Source of the DNA: Eledone cirrhosa
Taxonomy: Eukaryota
NCBI GenBank assembly: GCA_964016885.1
Contig: OZ024742.1
Coordinates: 106,454,001 to 106,518,000 of the forward strand
Length of the DNA stretch: 64,000 bases
Direction of reading: 5' to 3'
Part shown: one piece after another, positions 30,448 through 44,039 of the stretch
Position numbering within the stretch: position 1 is the first letter of the stretch
Layout: every line of letters starts with the position of its first letter
The notes under the pieces: model-generated
Database searches by the model: none
The model's input: the letters and a program-made list of their open reading frames with translations, nothing else
Told to the model about the DNA's origin: nothing
Made by a program: the position numbers and the translations under genes

Positions 30448-32150
30448 ATGGTGATGGTGGTGGTAGTGGTGGTGTTAGTGGTGGTGGTGGTAGTGGTGGT
30501 GGTGGTAGTGGTGGTGGTGGTGGTGATAGTGGTGGTGGTAGTGGTGGTGATAGTGGTGTTAGTGGTGGTGGTGGTAGTGGTGGTGGTGGTAGTAGTGGTG
30601 TTAGTGGTGGTGGTGGTAGTGGTGGTGGTGGTAGTGGTGGTGTTAGTGGTGGTGGTGGTAGTGGTGGTGGTGGTAGTGGTGGTGGTGGTAGTGGTGGTGT
30701 TAGTGGTGGTGGTGGTGGTGGTGGTGGTGGTGGTGGTGGTGGTGGTGGTAGTGGTGGTGGTGGTAGTGGTGGTGTTAGTGGTGGTGGTGGTGGTGGTGGT
30801 GGTGGAAGTGGTGGTGGTAGTGGTGGCGTTAGTGGTAGTGGTGGTAGTGGTGGTGGTGGTAGTGGTGGTGTTAGTGGTGGTGGTGGTGGTGGTGGTGGTG
30901 GTAGTGGTGGTGTTAGTGGTTGTGGTGGTGGTGGTGGTGGTGGTAGTGGTGGTGTTAGTGGTGGTGGTGGTGGTGGTGGTGGTGGTGGTGGTAGTGGTGG
31001 TGTTAATGGTGGTGGTGGTGGTGGTGGTGGTGGTGGTGGTGGTGGTGGTAGTGGTGGTGTTAGTGGTGGTGGTGGTGGTAGTGGTGGTGATAGTGGTGGT
31101 GGTGGTGGTGGTGGTGGTAGTGGTGGTGTTAGTGGTTGTGGTGGTGGTGGTGGTGGTGGTAGAGATGGTGGTAGTGGTGGTGGTGGTAGTGGTGGTGGTA
31201 GTGGTGGTGGTAGTGGTGGTAATGGTGGTGATGGCGGTGGAGATGGTGGTGGTGGTGATGGTGGTTGAGGTGGTGGTGGTGATGGTGGTAGTGGTGGTGG
31301 TGGTAGTGGTGGTGGTAGTGGTGGTGGTAGTGGTGGTGATGGTGGTAGAGGTGGTGGTGGTGATGGTGGTAGTGGTGGTGGTGGTAGTGGTGGTGGTAGT
31401 GGTGGTGGTAGTGGTGGTGATGGTGGTGATGGCGGTAGTGGTGGTGGTGGTAGTGGTGGTGGTAGTGGTGGTGGTAGTGGTGGTGATGGTGGTAGAGGTG
31501 GTGGTGGTGATGGTGGTAGTGGTGGTGGTGGTAGTGGTGGTGGTAGTGGTGGTGGTAGTGGTGGTGATGGTGGTAGAGGTGGTGGTGGTGATGGTGGTAG
31601 TGGTGGTGGTGGTAGTGGTTGTGGTAGTGGTCGTGGTAGTGGTGGTGATGGTGGTGATGGCGGTGGAGATGGTGGTGGTGGTGATGGTGGTAGAGGTGGT
31701 GGTGGTGATGGTGGTAGTGGTGGTGGTGGTAGTGGTGGTGGTAGTGGTGGTGGTAGTGGTGGTGATGGTGGTAGAGGTGGTGGTGGTGATGGTGGTAGTG
31801 GTGGTGGTGGTAGTGGTGGTGGTAGTGGTGGTGGTAGTGGTGGTGATGGTGGTGATGGCGGTAGAGATGGTGGTGGTGGTGATGGTGGTAGAGGTGGTGG
31901 TGGTGGTGGTGATGGTGGTGAAGATGGTGGTGGTGGTGATGATGGTAGAGGTGGTGGTGGTGGTGGTGGTGGTAGTAGTGGTGGTGGTAGTGGTGGTGGT
32001 GGTTCTGGTGGTGGTTGTGGTAGTAGTGGTAGTGGTGGTTGTGGTGGCGGTTGTTGTAGTGGTGGTGGTGGCGGTGGTGGTTGAGGTGGTGGTGGCGGTG
32101 ATGGTGGTAGTGATGGTTGTGGTGGTGTTGGTGGTGGTGGTGGTGGTGTT
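30448..32150. repeat. 1.7-kb (GGT)n-based compound repeat with higher-order GGTAGT/GGTGAT units
   Basis: Direct reading; the poly-Gly/poly-Val ORFs are artefacts. Confidence 0.95.
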
Positions 32151-32513
32151 CGTCGCCGTCGGTGGCGGGAGGATAGAAAGTGGCGTAGGTGGTGTTGTTA
32201 CGGAGAAGGGGTAGTGGTGTGAGGATAGGACGTGGGGCTGGTGGTGAAATTGGTGGTGGTGATGGTGGTGATAGTATTATTACGGGGAAGGGGTAGTGGT
32301 GAGAGGATAGCAGGTGGTGGTGGTGGTGATGGTGTTGTTGTTACGAGGAAGGGATAGTGGAGGGGGATAGGAGGTGAGGTTGGTGGTAGTAATACTTACA
32401 GCATTCCCTTTGGAGTCGTTTCGGAGAATTTGGAAAGAATGCTGACAAGTTTTTCTTTAGAAATTTCCTTTTGATAATATTATATAATTAAATATTGAGA
32501 AAGAGAGACTGGT

Positions 32514-32608
<95 letters not shown>

Positions 32609-32784
32609 GTGGAGAGAGACTGGCAGAGCGGGAGGGAGAGAGAGAGAGAGAAAGAATGTATTATATAGGTATTATGTGTCTGTATATATATATATATACA
32701 TACATATATATATGTGTGTGTGTGTGTGTATATATACATATGTATATATATATATGTGTGTATGTGTGTGTATATATATATATA

Positions 32785-32823
<39 letters not shown>

Positions 32824-32948
32824 AAGGATGGGGGGGATAGCGGGTATGGGAAATATCACAAATAGTGACTCCATATGTGTATGTGAATTAGGGGGGGGGG
32901 GGGTGAAAGAAAGCCATTAAGGGAGAAATATAAATATATAAATATGTG

Positions 32949-33015
<67 letters not shown>

Positions 33016-33016
33016 A

Positions 33017-33048
<32 letters not shown>

Positions 33049-33114
33049 CATATATATGTATGTATATATATATATAGAGAGAGAGAGAGATGGGGGGGGG
33101 GAGTGAAGGGGATG

Positions 33115-33146
<32 letters not shown>

Positions 33147-33543
33147 GGGGAAGGTATTAAGAGATTCAGCTGAAAAGTATCACCACATAAAAGAGATATC
33201 CTCACATACCACCCTTCTTCCATCAAATACTATATAAAAATTTGATTTAAAGAAGTTAAGAAACATTATATTCCATTCTCTCCACATTTGTTCATTCCTT
33301 TTTAAATCACGTGGCCAAAAAATCATTTTAAGCAATAGATGTTCGCCTTTGGTAATGTTCCATCTCGTCTTCTTTCGTTTTGACCTTAAAGTCTATACAT
33401 AAATATAATCGAGCCAACTTTTCTATTGTGAATTTATACATGTAGAATGCCGATTGGATCAATGGCTTATTTCGACTTTTGTTTGACATATAGTATCATC
33501 CGTTTCAAGCATATATACAAAACCACACACACACTCACCCCTG

Positions 33544-33575
<32 letters not shown>

Positions 33576-33576
33576 C

Positions 33577-33649
<73 letters not shown>

Positions 33650-34232
33650 AATATAAATTAGCGAGAATCGCATTTCGGCTATTGGAAATTAGCGAAAAAC
33701 AACTTCCGATATATGTGGCAAGCGCTCAATAGAAACGAGTGAACTAGAGCAATAAACTTACGTTAAAAGGCCAAACGCACTGAGACGATGGTTAAACCAT
33801 TAACCGCAAAGCCATAGAAGCGAGCAAGCTATTCGGGTCAAACAAATAATAAAATATGATTGAAAAATTTACCCGGACCCCAAGAAACGGTGGTAAAATC
33901 CAATATGGGGTTTCTGCAACTCCTAAATCAAGTACTGTCTGCTTAAACAAATAATTGTTTCTACTTTTTGGCACAAGGCCAGCAATTACTCAGTACATTA
34001 CTGGTACTTTATTTTATCGACCCCGTATGGATGAAAAGAAAAGTTAACCTCGGCAGGATTTGCTTAAACAAATAATGCTAAACTTTTGGTATGATGATCG
34101 AACAAGGAAGTCGCTTTTTCAACAGACATTTTGTTCTATGCAAAGCTAACGAACTGACCGTTATCTAAACCACGTGCGGACTTAGGAGAGAGCCCCTGGT
34201 TTTGGCGGATGAATTTAGTATGTGTGGTTATT
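33650..34232. repeat. Interspersed repeat (also 62008-62470 and 62598-62805) with a nested 5'-truncated SINE A at 33953-34062
   Basis: Shared GCGAGAATCG.ATTT..CGGCT and TGGCAAGCGCTCAATAG; SINE flanked by TGCTTAAACAAATAAT duplication. Confidence 0.75.
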
Positions 34233-34233
34233 G

Positions 34234-34292
<59 letters not shown>

Positions 34293-34353
34293 TAACAGAT
34301 TAAAGTTTAAGCAAAGAATCGGTGCTTTTCCCCTTAACGGGATCTTCTGAAAC

Positions 34354-34389
<36 letters not shown>

Positions 34390-34402
34390 ATATATATATA
34401 TA

Positions 34403-34859
34403 TAGTGGTAGAATACTGGAAGGTAATATCCGTAGTGGTATAGCACTCAGTCCATGGGACGAGTTAGGTAGAAATGGTCCTTCGTCAGTGATTTTGCAAC
34501 CATCATTGGTATTTCATCGCATTAAAAATCATATACCTCAGGTTGGTGCGAGCAATAACTAAAAAAAGTTATTGGGACCAGTAATTCGCGTAAAGCGAGG
34601 GGGACAAGTAGACAACATAGAAGGATAAAAGCAAACCAAAGATAGGAAAATAAACAAGCAACATGGTTGTCCGGTCAGCATAAACTGGGTGGATTTCATG
34701 AGCGTGAGAGGTACAGACCGTCCGATGTGAGTGAGATGTAAGCAAGAAGAGACCCACTACAAGCCAAACGGGAGGAAGTGAGAAGGGGAGAAACAGATAG
34801 TGAGTGAGTGGAAGTGTGAGGAATACATATATATATATATACACACATATATATATATG

Positions 34860-34956
<97 letters not shown>

Positions 34957-35051
34957 GGTGAACTAACTGTTGTGTAACCACTTCTACCTAACTCGTCCCA
35001 TGGACTGAGTGCTCTACCACTACAGATATTACCTTCCAGTGTTCTACCACT
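34403..35051. mobile_element. Fold-back element with ~70-bp inverted ends, probable PLE derivative
   Basis: AGTGGTAGAATACTGGAAGG..GAGTTAGGTAGAA versus its reverse complement at 34982-35051; half hammerhead core CTGACGA (minus strand) at 34482-34488. Confidence 0.6.
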
Positions 35052-35170
35052 ATATATATATATATATATATATGTGTAGGAGGTGAGTTTTATTGTAGTA
35101 CAATAAAGCAATGCAGATATCGGATAAGAAGCACTCTACAGTTTGTAGGACTGGAGTATACATAATATAT

Positions 35171-36513
35171 AAGATCAAAAGATGGTTAAAAGAGTTCCAT
35201 GTATTTTATTCTCTCAGAACTCATATGGTCCTTGAAAGACAAAAATATTAAATATAACATCTCTTGGAAAAAGGTTTCTTCTGCTTAGTCATACTTGAAC
35301 AGTTCTGTTTCCAAGACTTGCAATCTCTGTCTAAATGAAAAATTTACCATTATATCTAATTTAGATTCTATAATAAATAGACGCACTGACTTGTTTTCTC
35401 TCTGCTTGCATAAATTCCACAGAACATTCCATAAAGTATACAGCTAATATCCAAAACTTTATCAATTTAGAATCCTTTTCTCAAAGGCACATATATATTC
35501 TTCTTTAAAAATATACCCATCTTTCTACCTTATTTCAAAGTTATTTATTATACATTATATAATACTTGTTACTCATTCTATATCACTCCTATTTATCACT
35601 TCCCTTTCTTCCTTTTCCTTTTCTTTTCTTTTTCTTTTAATTTCTAACCCCTAATCTGTACCTTTTTTCAATGTGCCTAACATTGAAACAATTATTACAC
35701 AATACAATATATTCTTACTTTATATCACCTTGAAAAAATCCTTCGTAAACATAAACATTTTTTGACGTTAGATTATTCATCCTCAATTCATTATTTTCTT
35801 CTCCCTTTCATCTAACTTACTCATGCTCATCTCACAATATATCCTTACTTACATTACTTGTGTTTTTTTTTAATAATACATATCAACATTTTCTTTCCAT
35901 CGCACATATTATTAAACCCTTAAATATTAAATATTATTCTTAATACATATTAACATTTTCTTTGCATCGCACATATTATTAAACCTTTAAATATTATTCT
36001 TAATACATATTAACATTTTCTTTTCATCGCACATATTATTAAACCCTTCAATATACAAACCTTAACTTTACATTTTTTTTTTTTCTCTTCGTTAATTTTC
36101 AAATTCTTTTAATTTATACATTATCTTCCAACGGTTTTTCAACCTCTCTATGTAAAACAATATATTTTTCTCAGTTATAAACGCTATCTCTCTCTCTCTA
36201 TCACCCATCTCTCCTCCTATCTCATCCTTCCTCATTATACCCCCCCCCCCTCCACTTTTTACTCTCATCTCCTCCTCTTTTTCATCCTTTCCAACCTCCC
36301 CCCCCCCTCAAAAATTGTTTTCCCAATATCACACATCAATCTAAAACTACTTTTCATATGTTGATTTAAAACTGCACTATTCACAAGTGTTTTTTAACCT
36401 TCATATCATGTCTTCCTATTTTATCTGATGAAAACAAATATTATTGCACGATGATATTTGTTTTTGAAATGCGCATAATAAAATACATGGAACTCTTTTA
36501 ACCATCTTTTGAT

Positions 36514-36516
<3 letters not shown>
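35171..36516 (+). mobile_element. PLE 3' fragment: GIY-YIG C-terminus, AT-rich 3' region, hammerhead; short inverted 5' arm
   Basis: LSELIWSLKDKNIKYNISW..TCNLCLNEKFTII..FSLCLHK; same family as 52918-54257. Confidence 0.85.
36417..36485 (+). ncRNA. Canonical-core minimal type I hammerhead ribozyme (predicted cleavage after A36477)
   Basis: TATTTTAT-CTGATGA-AAACAAATATT..GATATTTGTTTTT-GAAA-TGCGCA-TA-ATAAAATA; 8-bp stem I. Confidence 0.85.
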
Positions 36517-36561
<45 letters not shown>

Positions 36562-36566
<5 letters not shown>

Positions 36567-36976
36567 GTTTGAATATGTATAATAAAGCCAAAACAATGCA
36601 GGTATGGACATAGAAAAAGAATGCAATTGCAAAAGATATTGTTGACAAATTGTCTTTTACCTTAGATTTATTTAAATGTCCTTAATTTTAGAGATAATAT
36701 CTCTTCTTCAGAGGGAAATAAAGGTCTCAAACCAGCCTTCTAAATATCTTGCCAAGCCATGCTGACATAGAGTATCTGTTCTATCTCTAATGTCAAAGAG
36801 TTAAAATTTTAACTCTTTGACATTAGAGATAGAACAGATACTCTATACTATTTGTCAACAATATCTTTTGCAATTGCATTCTTTTTCTATGTCCATACCT
36901 GCATTGTTTTGGCTTTATTATACATATTCAAACATTTATACCTCATTACACAATGCTTCAAGTGAACTATAACCTC

Positions 36977-36978
<2 letters not shown>
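36562..36978. repeat. Fold-back element (arms ~36562-36650 / 36850-36938) with an internal perfect 80-bp palindrome at 36767-36846
   Basis: Direct reverse-complement comparison. Confidence 0.85.
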
Positions 36979-37075
<97 letters not shown>

Positions 37076-37340
37076 TTAATTACATAATAAACAACACAAT
37101 ATAATTATTCCATTACCAAAGGTTTCAGAACGTCCAGTACGCGCAACAGATGAAATATTTTTGTTATGGATATAAGATTTCAAACTAAAATCTATTAAAA
37201 ATGAAAGTGAGGCTGAATTAAAATAACGGAAAAATACATGTACACACAGATTCAGATATACATACACATAAAAATAAAAAATATACATACATACACACAT
37301 ATACATATACATATATATATATATATTTACACACATACAT

Positions 37341-37385
<45 letters not shown>

Positions 37386-37394
37386 TATATGGTA

Positions 37395-37437
<43 letters not shown>

Positions 37438-37438
37438 A

Positions 37439-37471
<33 letters not shown>

Positions 37472-37625
37472 CGTGTTACCACATGTCCTTTATTCAACAT
37501 ATTCTTCCATGTTCTTTAATAACTTTTCATCAAAATCTCGAACGGACTTTAGTCATTTTTCACTTATTTGAGCTTTAAATACGTTTGTACATACGCATGC
37601 ACACATACTCACACACACACATACA

Positions 37626-37676
<51 letters not shown>

Positions 37677-38124
37677 ACATATACACATACACACGCACGT
37701 GCATATTTATATATTCGTCTTTTTCATTATTATAATTGACTATGTCCTCTAACATCAAGCCATAAGACCTATGCATTACACAACTAAACGTTCGTAAGTA
37801 TGACTGGCACCTTCTACAACGATCTGTCTGCTCTGGCACACAAGCATGTAGCTATCCAACAAGATTCTACTTTGTAAAACAGGAAGGAAAACAACGAGAC
37901 CCCCTACATTTGTATTCTCTCATGAAAATCCCATGCCAGTTGTCAGTGTCATTTGCGAACTGATGTCGGAGAAAGAATATGCGAGTGTGTGAGTGGCTGT
38001 ATGTGTGTGTATGTGTGTATGTGTGTATGTATATATGTATGTAGATATTTTTATACAAATATAAACCAATCACAAAGTAATATAAGGGTCAATGCACATT
38101 TTCATTTCCCGTTTCTGTTGAAAA

Positions 38125-38323
38125 CGATGGTCGGCTGAAAAGTTCATAAGTTATGACCAAGATACTCTCATGCAATAACCAAATGAAGTTTATTTTTCAA
38201 CATAGTCCCTGGAAAGAACAATGCAGTTATTAATAAGAAGATTTGAAAGTAATGCATGCAAGATTTCACAACCTTAGGATCACTCCTTCATAATCAGCCT
38301 ATGAACTGTTCAGCCAACCCTCA
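38125..38323. mobile_element. Mariner/Tc1-derived MITE
   Basis: Imperfect TIRs GATGGTCGGCTGAAAAGTTCATA / TATGAACTGTTCAGCCAACCCTC; internal TTTATTTTTCAACATAGTCCC typical of mariner 5' regions. Confidence 0.7.
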
Positions 38324-38424
38324 TATATACAGGTTCCAGCTTTGAATATTTCCATTTCATGGCACGTCAAGTAATATGGAGAACGTTTTGTTATTCAACC
38401 TTTATGTGTATGTATTGAGCTATC

Positions 38425-38690
38425 AATGATAGAATCGTAGGCGCGCCGTCCTGATATACGGCGTGTCATGGGCATTTTAAATCTAATGGAAACCATCACT
38501 TTCTATGTCTCAACATAAAGAAAAAGACCCGACCCCAGTACTATACTGGTACTTTTTTTTCTCGACCTCGAGATGAAGGCATGCAAAGTTGACCTCGATG
38601 TAACTTGAACTCAGAACATTGAGATCTGAAACGAATACGGCGTAGCATGTTACCCGACGTCGTAATAACTCTAATGACTTGCTTGGCGTG
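38425..38690 (-). mobile_element. SINE subfamily B
   Basis: GACCCCAGTACTATACTGGTACTTT..AAAGTTGACCTCG..TTGAACTCAG. Confidence 0.7.
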
Positions 38691-38694
38691 GACA

Positions 38695-39040
38695 AAGCAT
38701 AACCGAATGGTTAAGGTGTTTGTTTCCCATTCGTTAAGTCCCAGGTTCAATACTATTGCGTGGCATCTTGAGTAAGTATCAATTATTATAGTCTCAGGTT
38801 GACCTATGCTTTGTGAGTGAAACTGAGTTGATGGAAACGGTTTGGAAGACCATCGGATGGCTTCTAGTTACAATTCAAAGAGTCACACAATGTGTCCTGC
38901 TGAATCTCCCTGAGTGTTACGTTTACGTTTACGTATCTGTGAAATGTTCAGTCACACGTTGATTTCACGAGCAGGCTGTTACAGTGATTGAACAACTGGA
39001 ACGTTCATCGTCGAAACCGACGGAGGTTCATTCCATTCAA
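38695..39040 (+). mobile_element. tRNA-derived SINE (family D)
   Basis: CCGAATGGTTAAGG..CCAGGTTCAAT head; body similar to 1853-2000. Confidence 0.55.
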
Positions 39041-39224
39041 TACTTGAATTGTACATAGTGTACATATTTCATTAGCTCAAAGTAAGAATCAAAGGCAAAA
39101 TTGATCTTGACAAAATTTGAGCTTAGAACGTAAACATGCGTAAGCGACCAGCACAATATATTTTCTCCGGCGTTCCGTTGAATTTACAATACATTTATCT
39201 GATGGAGCGAATTACCATCCTCAC

Positions 39225-39253
39225 CACCACTACTACTACTACTACTACTGCTA

Positions 39254-39303
<50 letters not shown>

Positions 39304-39385
39304 ATTGTTGCTACTACTGTTGTTGCTACTATTACTACTACTATTACTACTGCTGCTGCTACTACTGCTGCTGTTGCTACTACTG

Positions 39386-39433
<48 letters not shown>

Positions 39434-39440
39434 TACTATG

Positions 39441-39476
<36 letters not shown>

Positions 39477-39483
39477 TACTATG

Positions 39484-39539
<56 letters not shown>

Positions 39540-39705
39540 GTTGCTGCTGCGACTATTACTACTACTACTGGTGCTGCTACTACTATTAATACTGATCCTG
39601 CTGCTACTGCTACTATTACTGCTGTTACTGCTACTACTACTGTTGCTACAGTTACTGTTGATTCTGCTGCTAATGTTGCTGATGCCGATGCTGCTGATAC
39701 TGGTG
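39225..39705. repeat. (TAC)/(TGC) compound microsatellite
   Basis: Direct reading. Confidence 0.95.
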
Positions 39706-39857
39706 CTGTTTCCAATATATAGAGAAATCCTTCTGAAATCAAGGTTTCTTTTCCGACAATGAAATAAACTGTTCGTGTCAAAACTGTTAAGAACTATAAT
39801 TTCTGGAGCAATTGAAGCTGAATTCCCTATGTATTTACTAATTATTGGGTTTTTTTA

Positions 39858-39895
<38 letters not shown>

Positions 39896-40335
39896 TCACT
39901 TTGTTTTACATCAATTTACTATATGTTTATTACATTTTATTTTTATATTAATTTATGTCGAATAATGAATATCTGACACGTTAATAACTTGAAAAGAAAG
40001 CCTTGAAAAGAAAAATCGCAAATTTCCATTAAATGCAGCCGACAAGCTCGTCTTACCAAAATGGACGCTAAATAAGAAAGAAATGAGAGAGAAAGCAACA
40101 AAGGAAAGTATAGCAAAGAAAAAAAGAAAGAAAGAGGGAGAAAGAAAGAAAATAGGCTAGAAAATATTGAGAAAATAGTTGCATAAAGAATATTCAAATT
40201 TAATTTCAACCAATTTACCAGGTTTTATTCCATTTAATTTCATTTAACTTTTAAGTGTTATTTTTGTAATTTAACTTTTGATTTCGGTTTTGTTTAGAAT
40301 TATTAATTTCTTGTTTGAAATTTCATAATTTCTAT

Positions 40336-40382
<47 letters not shown>

Positions 40383-40565
40383 TTTTGGCAAAGCATGACG
40401 CGGATCAGTTTCACATATTTTTACAATTAATGATCATCGGGTTTATTGATGATGATGATGCTGATGATGATGATGATGATGATGATGACGATGATGATGA
40501 CGACGAAATGGGTAAATAGAAATACAGAGAATTATGGACGAGTGGGGGTGGGTGCTATGGAGGAA

Positions 40566-40567
<2 letters not shown>

Positions 40568-40596
<29 letters not shown>

Positions 40597-40685
40597 AAGA
40601 AGAAGAAGAAGAAGAAGAAGAAGAAGAAGAAGAAGAAGAAGAAGAAGAAGAAGAAGAAGAAGAAGAAGAAGAAGAAGAAGAAGAA
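40568..40685. repeat. (GAA)n microsatellite
   Basis: Direct reading. Confidence 0.98.
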
Positions 40686-40818
40686 ATTTCAAAGTTTGAT
40701 AAACAAAGAGAAAAATATAGAGAGGAGTGAGAGAGAGAGAGAGAGGGGGCAGAGAGTGAAAGTATAGGCGACGAAATGCAAATAAATAAATATGAACTGA
40801 GAATATGATACACACACA

Positions 40819-40887
<69 letters not shown>

Positions 40888-41171
40888 GTATATATATGCG
40901 TGTGTGTCCCTCTATATATATATATATATGGTAAGTAATAATAAGAGAGATTGTTTATGGCATGTAATATTAACTTGCAGAGTATTCTGTTGAACTGTGA
41001 AATGTCAAAAACGTTCGTAATTAACATCATTTCAGCAAAGGGGAGCAATGCTAAATGTAAAGCAGTGATCATGGCCTCAAATCAACGTAAATAGGGTTTG
41101 AAAGATATGGAAGAAATGCTGAGCACTTAAGCAGTCTTGGCGACAACTAGTAATCGTTTCTTCCCCGCTAA

Positions 41172-41748
<577 letters not shown>

Positions 41749-41834
41749 TGATATATATTTATCCTTATCGAGCCTCGTGAAATAAATACGTTTGTTTATA
41801 TTTTGTTATTGTGTATGCAAAAATATCTGTACAC

Positions 41835-41909
<75 letters not shown>

Positions 41910-41913
<4 letters not shown>

Positions 41914-42303
41914 ACAAGCTTGATGTATTCCACCATCGTTGCATTCGGACCATATTGAAAATTTCATGGAGAGACCAAGTTAACAACGAGGAAGTGATGA
42001 GGAGGTCAGGAAAGGAGAGGTTAAGGGGCATTGTCCGGAAAAGGAGACGGCAGTTCGCGGGCCACATCCTTCGTTTGCTGGCAGATCGACCTGCTCATAT
42101 TGCCATGGATTGGGTACCAGAAGGTGGCAGGAGAGAACGGGGAAGACCACGAAAAACATGGCGGACCACATTCAGGGAGGAACTGCGGGTGATGGGAATT
42201 ACTTAGAGAGGTGCTAGAAGGGCCGCCAGTGACAGGATCAAGTGGAGGAAGCTCGTCGCCCAATTTTCCACAAGGGACTGGAGGAACTAAGACTAAGACT
42301 AAG
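41910..42303 (+). mobile_element. RTE-clade LINE 3' fragment with (CTAAGA)n tail
   Basis: [44 protein letters not shown]; tail ACTAAGACTAAGACTAAGA. Confidence 0.9.
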
Positions 42304-42321
42304 ATATATATATATATATAT

Positions 42322-42430
42322 AATCTTTCCCCTCTACAAATTTAAAGATAATGCCACCCACACCCAGCGCATCAGCAAGGAATCTTACTTCATTAACAAA
42401 TACGGACCCCGTCTAAACACTTCTCCCTAA
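42322..42430 (+). pseudogene. PLE GIY-YIG extreme C-terminal fragment
   Basis: IFPLYKF..QRISKESYFINKYGPRLN* resembles the R..E..I...P.LN GIY-YIG terminus. Confidence 0.55.
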
Positions 42431-42566
42431 GACGAACCCACAACATACACACGTCAACATACATACCTACATCAGCACACATCTCTACCCACATATAAAC
42501 ACAATGACATACGTAAACACACATGCTCTATGGTGCAACACAAAAAAATATATGTGCATGTATATG

Positions 42567-42606
<40 letters not shown>

Positions 42607-42777
42607 ATATATGTATGTGTATATATATATAGTGAATATATGTATGTGTATATATATATAGTGAATATCATTTCACACCTTTTTTTGTTAAGATTTTTGA
42701 TGTTTTATTAAGAGAACCGATTTTACTGAAAAAATCGAATAATGTACACCATTTTATCAGGGGGAAAAAATACTGGT

Positions 42778-42842
<65 letters not shown>

Positions 42843-43029
42843 CACACACACATACACACGCGTACATCAACATACAAAGAGACTTATATACACACACACA
42901 CAGACACACACACGCGCACTTCTCCGTATAAGACAAAAGCTGAAAAATATCTTTTGACATGCTAAAATACCCCCCATTGCTTTCAGACACATTCTTACTG
43001 ACCATCCCTGCCACCACGAATTACGCTGC

Positions 43030-43078
<49 letters not shown>

Positions 43079-43147
43079 ATCTTAATAGCCATTTGACACA
43101 CATCGCTGCTAACCATTATCACAACATCGAACACCTTACTACTACTA

Positions 43148-43211
<64 letters not shown>

Positions 43212-43596
43212 ACACACACACACATACACACACACACACACATATTTGTTGTGAAAGAGTCATTTCTCAATCTTGGCGCAAAACCAATTTTTTATTCACA
43301 TGACCTCTACCGACCAATCAAAATTGTTTTGACCACAAGAATTTTTGCAAATTGGAGCCACTTTTTTAACATAAAAACAGGTAGAATTCCCAAAACTAAT
43401 CAGATCAGAGCAAACAGCACGGACACTCTATCTCAAAATTATTTTTGAAAAGCATTTAGAAATGCGCAACCGGTAAAAACTTAAAAACTTAAAACCACAA
43501 CTGAATACTAACCCATACAATCACTAATACTCTTTTATTCCTAATTAAACCATTTTTCAACTGTGAACAATTTGTCAGCATTTTCTATTCCGTTTA

Positions 43597-43657
<61 letters not shown>

Positions 43658-43898
43658 CCATTATACGTCTGTAAGTATAGATTTATTATTTTTTAGATCG
43701 ATACAGGCGGACTATATGTACTTGAATTAAGGTATTTCTATCTAGCTAAATTATTGTCAATTTGCAAAAAAAACACATTAGTGTTGATCATAATTTTATA
43801 TTAAATTGTACTGTAATGCTCAGAAGTATTTCTTAGAGCTTAATAATTGTATTTGACTCCTGAGTGAAAACTCTAAATTATAATATTATAAATTATAA

Positions 43899-43935
<37 letters not shown>

Positions 43936-43945
43936 AACCAGTAAG

Positions 43946-44039
43946 ACCCCGACAGCTGAGCTCAAGCCGTTTCGACGGCTAATTCTGGACTAAATGAAAA
44001 TTTATCCTGGTATTTAAATAGCCGATCTTCTCAAGGGGT
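43946..44039 (-). ncRNA. Type I hammerhead ribozyme, U3-A8 core (mirror of 47755-47848)
   Basis: Reverse complement of the 47755-47848 motif. Confidence 0.8.

Noticed and set aside
30405-32214. 287-aa Gly-rich and 588-aa Val-rich ORFs
   Set aside because: Products of the GGT repeat; no splice or domain evidence
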